DNA of 64,000 bases from Candidatus Dormibacteria bacterium. GTDB taxonomy: Bacteria; Chloroflexota; Dormibacteria; Aeolococcales; Aeolococcaceae. This document shows, one piece after another, positions 62,821-64,000 of this stretch; position 1 is the first letter of the stretch; each line of letters starts with the position of its first letter. The notes beneath the pieces were generated by a model, which saw nothing but the letters and a program-made list of their open reading frames with translations, searched no databases and was not told the DNA's origin. Location: contig JBEKGP010000004.1 in assembly GCA_050012735.1 (NCBI GenBank), forward strand, positions 8,918 to 72,917, read 5' to 3'. The position numbers and the translations under genes were made by a program.

Positions 62821-63912
62821 TCACACGGCGCGCCGGCGCACCTTGTACAGGAACCTCCGCAACCGGGCGCGCCACGGGAACGGCCCGATCCACCGCCGTT
62901 GCGATCTCCACGAGACGGTTGCGGTGCCAAGGATGATCCGCCGCTCCCGAAGCGACCGTGGCAGCTCGCCACACGCGTCGGCGAGACCCATGATCGCGGA
63001 GGGCGACGCCACCGAGTACTGGACGACGACACCCAACCGGATCGCGATGAGCAGGGGAAGCTCACGGAGCATCCAGCGGGCGGGATAGGTCCTGACCGGC
63101 AGGAGGATGCTGTTCTTGACGATGTGGCGCCGCACGAAGCTTCGGTCTCGAGCACCGGTGCCGCTTCGCCGGTGGTACGCGACCGCCTCGGCTACCAGGA
63201 TGGCGGACCATCCCCGCGCCCGCAGCCTCATGTCGAGGTCGACGTCCTCCAGGTAGGCGAAGTAGGGCGCGCAGAAGACGCCGGACGGGAGGCTCACGTC
63301 CTCGAGAGCGCGACGCCGGTAGAGGCCGGCAGCGGCGCAGATACCGAACACCTCGGAGGTTCCCGGACGAAGCGCCGGCGCCGGCTCCCCCTCGCCAATG
63401 TTCTCGGGCCAGCATCCCGCCAGCATCCTGTGCCCGAGGCTGTCCACGGTAGCCGGCCCGCCGGCACGAGGTGGCCTGAGGAGCACGCCGGTGGCGGCCG
63501 CCACCCCGGGCCGTGCCTCCAGCTCGTGAACCAGGGTGCGGAGGTAGGCCGGATCCAGCTCGACATCGGGGTTGAGCGCCAGCACGTAGGCGCCCGACGA
63601 GTGGACGAGACCGAGATTCATCCCCCCGGCGAAGCCGATGTTCACCTTGCTGGTCACTACCGTCCCGTCGGAGAGACAGGATCTCAGGTAGCTCACCGAG
63701 TCGTCGGTGGAGGCATTGTCGACGACCACGATGTTGAGGTTGACCCCGGTCTGGGCGCGCAGCGTGGCCAGGGTCCGCGGAAGCCACTGGCGGCCATTCC
63801 AGTTGACGACGATGGCGGTCACCCTGATATCGGAGGAGTCGCGCGCTTCCGGGGACGGGGTTGCTCGCGCCTCAGTGGTCGCATCGCCACCGTCCTGGCG
63901 CCGGGTCAGCAT
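62821..63912 (-). CDS. glycosyltransferase family 2
   Basis: VTAIVVNWNG......L..L..Q......IVVVDNASTDDS, and later the DVDLDMRLRARGW (DxD/ED region) typical of GT2 rhamnosyl-type transferases. The start is ATG 63912 or GTG 63981. Confidence 0.8.
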   Translation of the reverse strand: MLTRRQDGGDATTEARATPSPEARDSSDIRVTAIVVNWNGRQWLPRTLATLRAQTGVNLNIVVVDNASTDDSVSYLRSCLSDGTVVTSKVNIGFAGGMNLGLVHSSGAYVLALNPDVELDPAYLRTLVHELEARPGVAAATGVLLRPPRAGGPATVDSLGHRMLAGCWPENIGEGEPAPALRPGTSEVFGICAAAGLYRRRALEDVSLPSGVFCAPYFAYLEDVDLDMRLRARGWSAILVAEAVAYHRRSGTGARDRSFVRRHIVKNSILLPVRTYPARWMLRELPLLIAIRLGVVVQYSVASPSAIMGLADACGELPRSLRERRIILGTATVSWRSQRRWIGPFPWRARLRRFLYKVRRRAV

Positions 63913-64000
63913 GCCCGCCCAGGAACCGGCGAGCTGCACGGCGGTCCGCGTTGCGAGGCCCAGCACCACCAACGGGGCCACCAGTGCGTCGCGGCCGTGC

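Overview
This is a very GC-rich, gene-dense chromosomal segment in which third codon positions are almost all G/C. I found no transposase, integrase, phage gene or CRISPR array. Gene content (F420-type PPOX protein, GT87/DUF2029 and PIG-V-type membrane mannosyltransferases, near-leaderless promoters) suggests an actinobacterium-like organism, but that is inference only.

Contents in order:
- The tail of a Tad/Flp pilus module (TadE-like and TadG-like).
- A roughly 13 kb sugar-conjugate catabolic island: DeoC-type aldolase, two Gfo/Idh/MocA oxidoreductases, an Rpe-family epimerase, a ROK kinase, a double-SIS protein, a Dpp-type ABC importer and a HutC/GntR regulator.
- A receiver-only response regulator divergent from a polytopic HisKA_3 kinase.
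- A PLP decarboxylase, then PadR with a DrrAB-like ABC exporter.
- An aldo/keto reductase, a complex intergenic repeat block, and glutaryl-CoA dehydrogenase.
- An Nramp transporter next to a soluble PRC/MgtE_N/CBS protein.
- A lipoprotein-OmpR-kinase operon, then a GT4 glycosyltransferase.
- A Wsp-like chemosensory operon ending in a REC-GGDEF cyclase.
- Dehydrogenases, an EamA transporter and a GT87 enzyme.
- A TPP riboswitch driving thiD-thiM-thiE plus an NCS1 permease.
- A second Dpp-type ABC importer, a PPOX protein and gltX.
- Several GT-C-type membrane glycosyltransferases, tRNA-Glu, MBL and HhH-GPD genes, an alpha/beta hydrolase and a GT2.

Most interesting observations:
1. The chemosensory operon has no receptor (MCP) gene. 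All of its genes are chained by 4-nt start/stop overlaps. That chain only closes if an unannotated 63-codon ORF between cheA and cheB is real.
2. There is a nested direct/inverted repeat block at 22690-23006.
3. A compact three-way-junction RNA-like structure lies 15 nt upstream of tRNA-Glu.

All protein family calls come from reading motifs in the translations, not from database searches.
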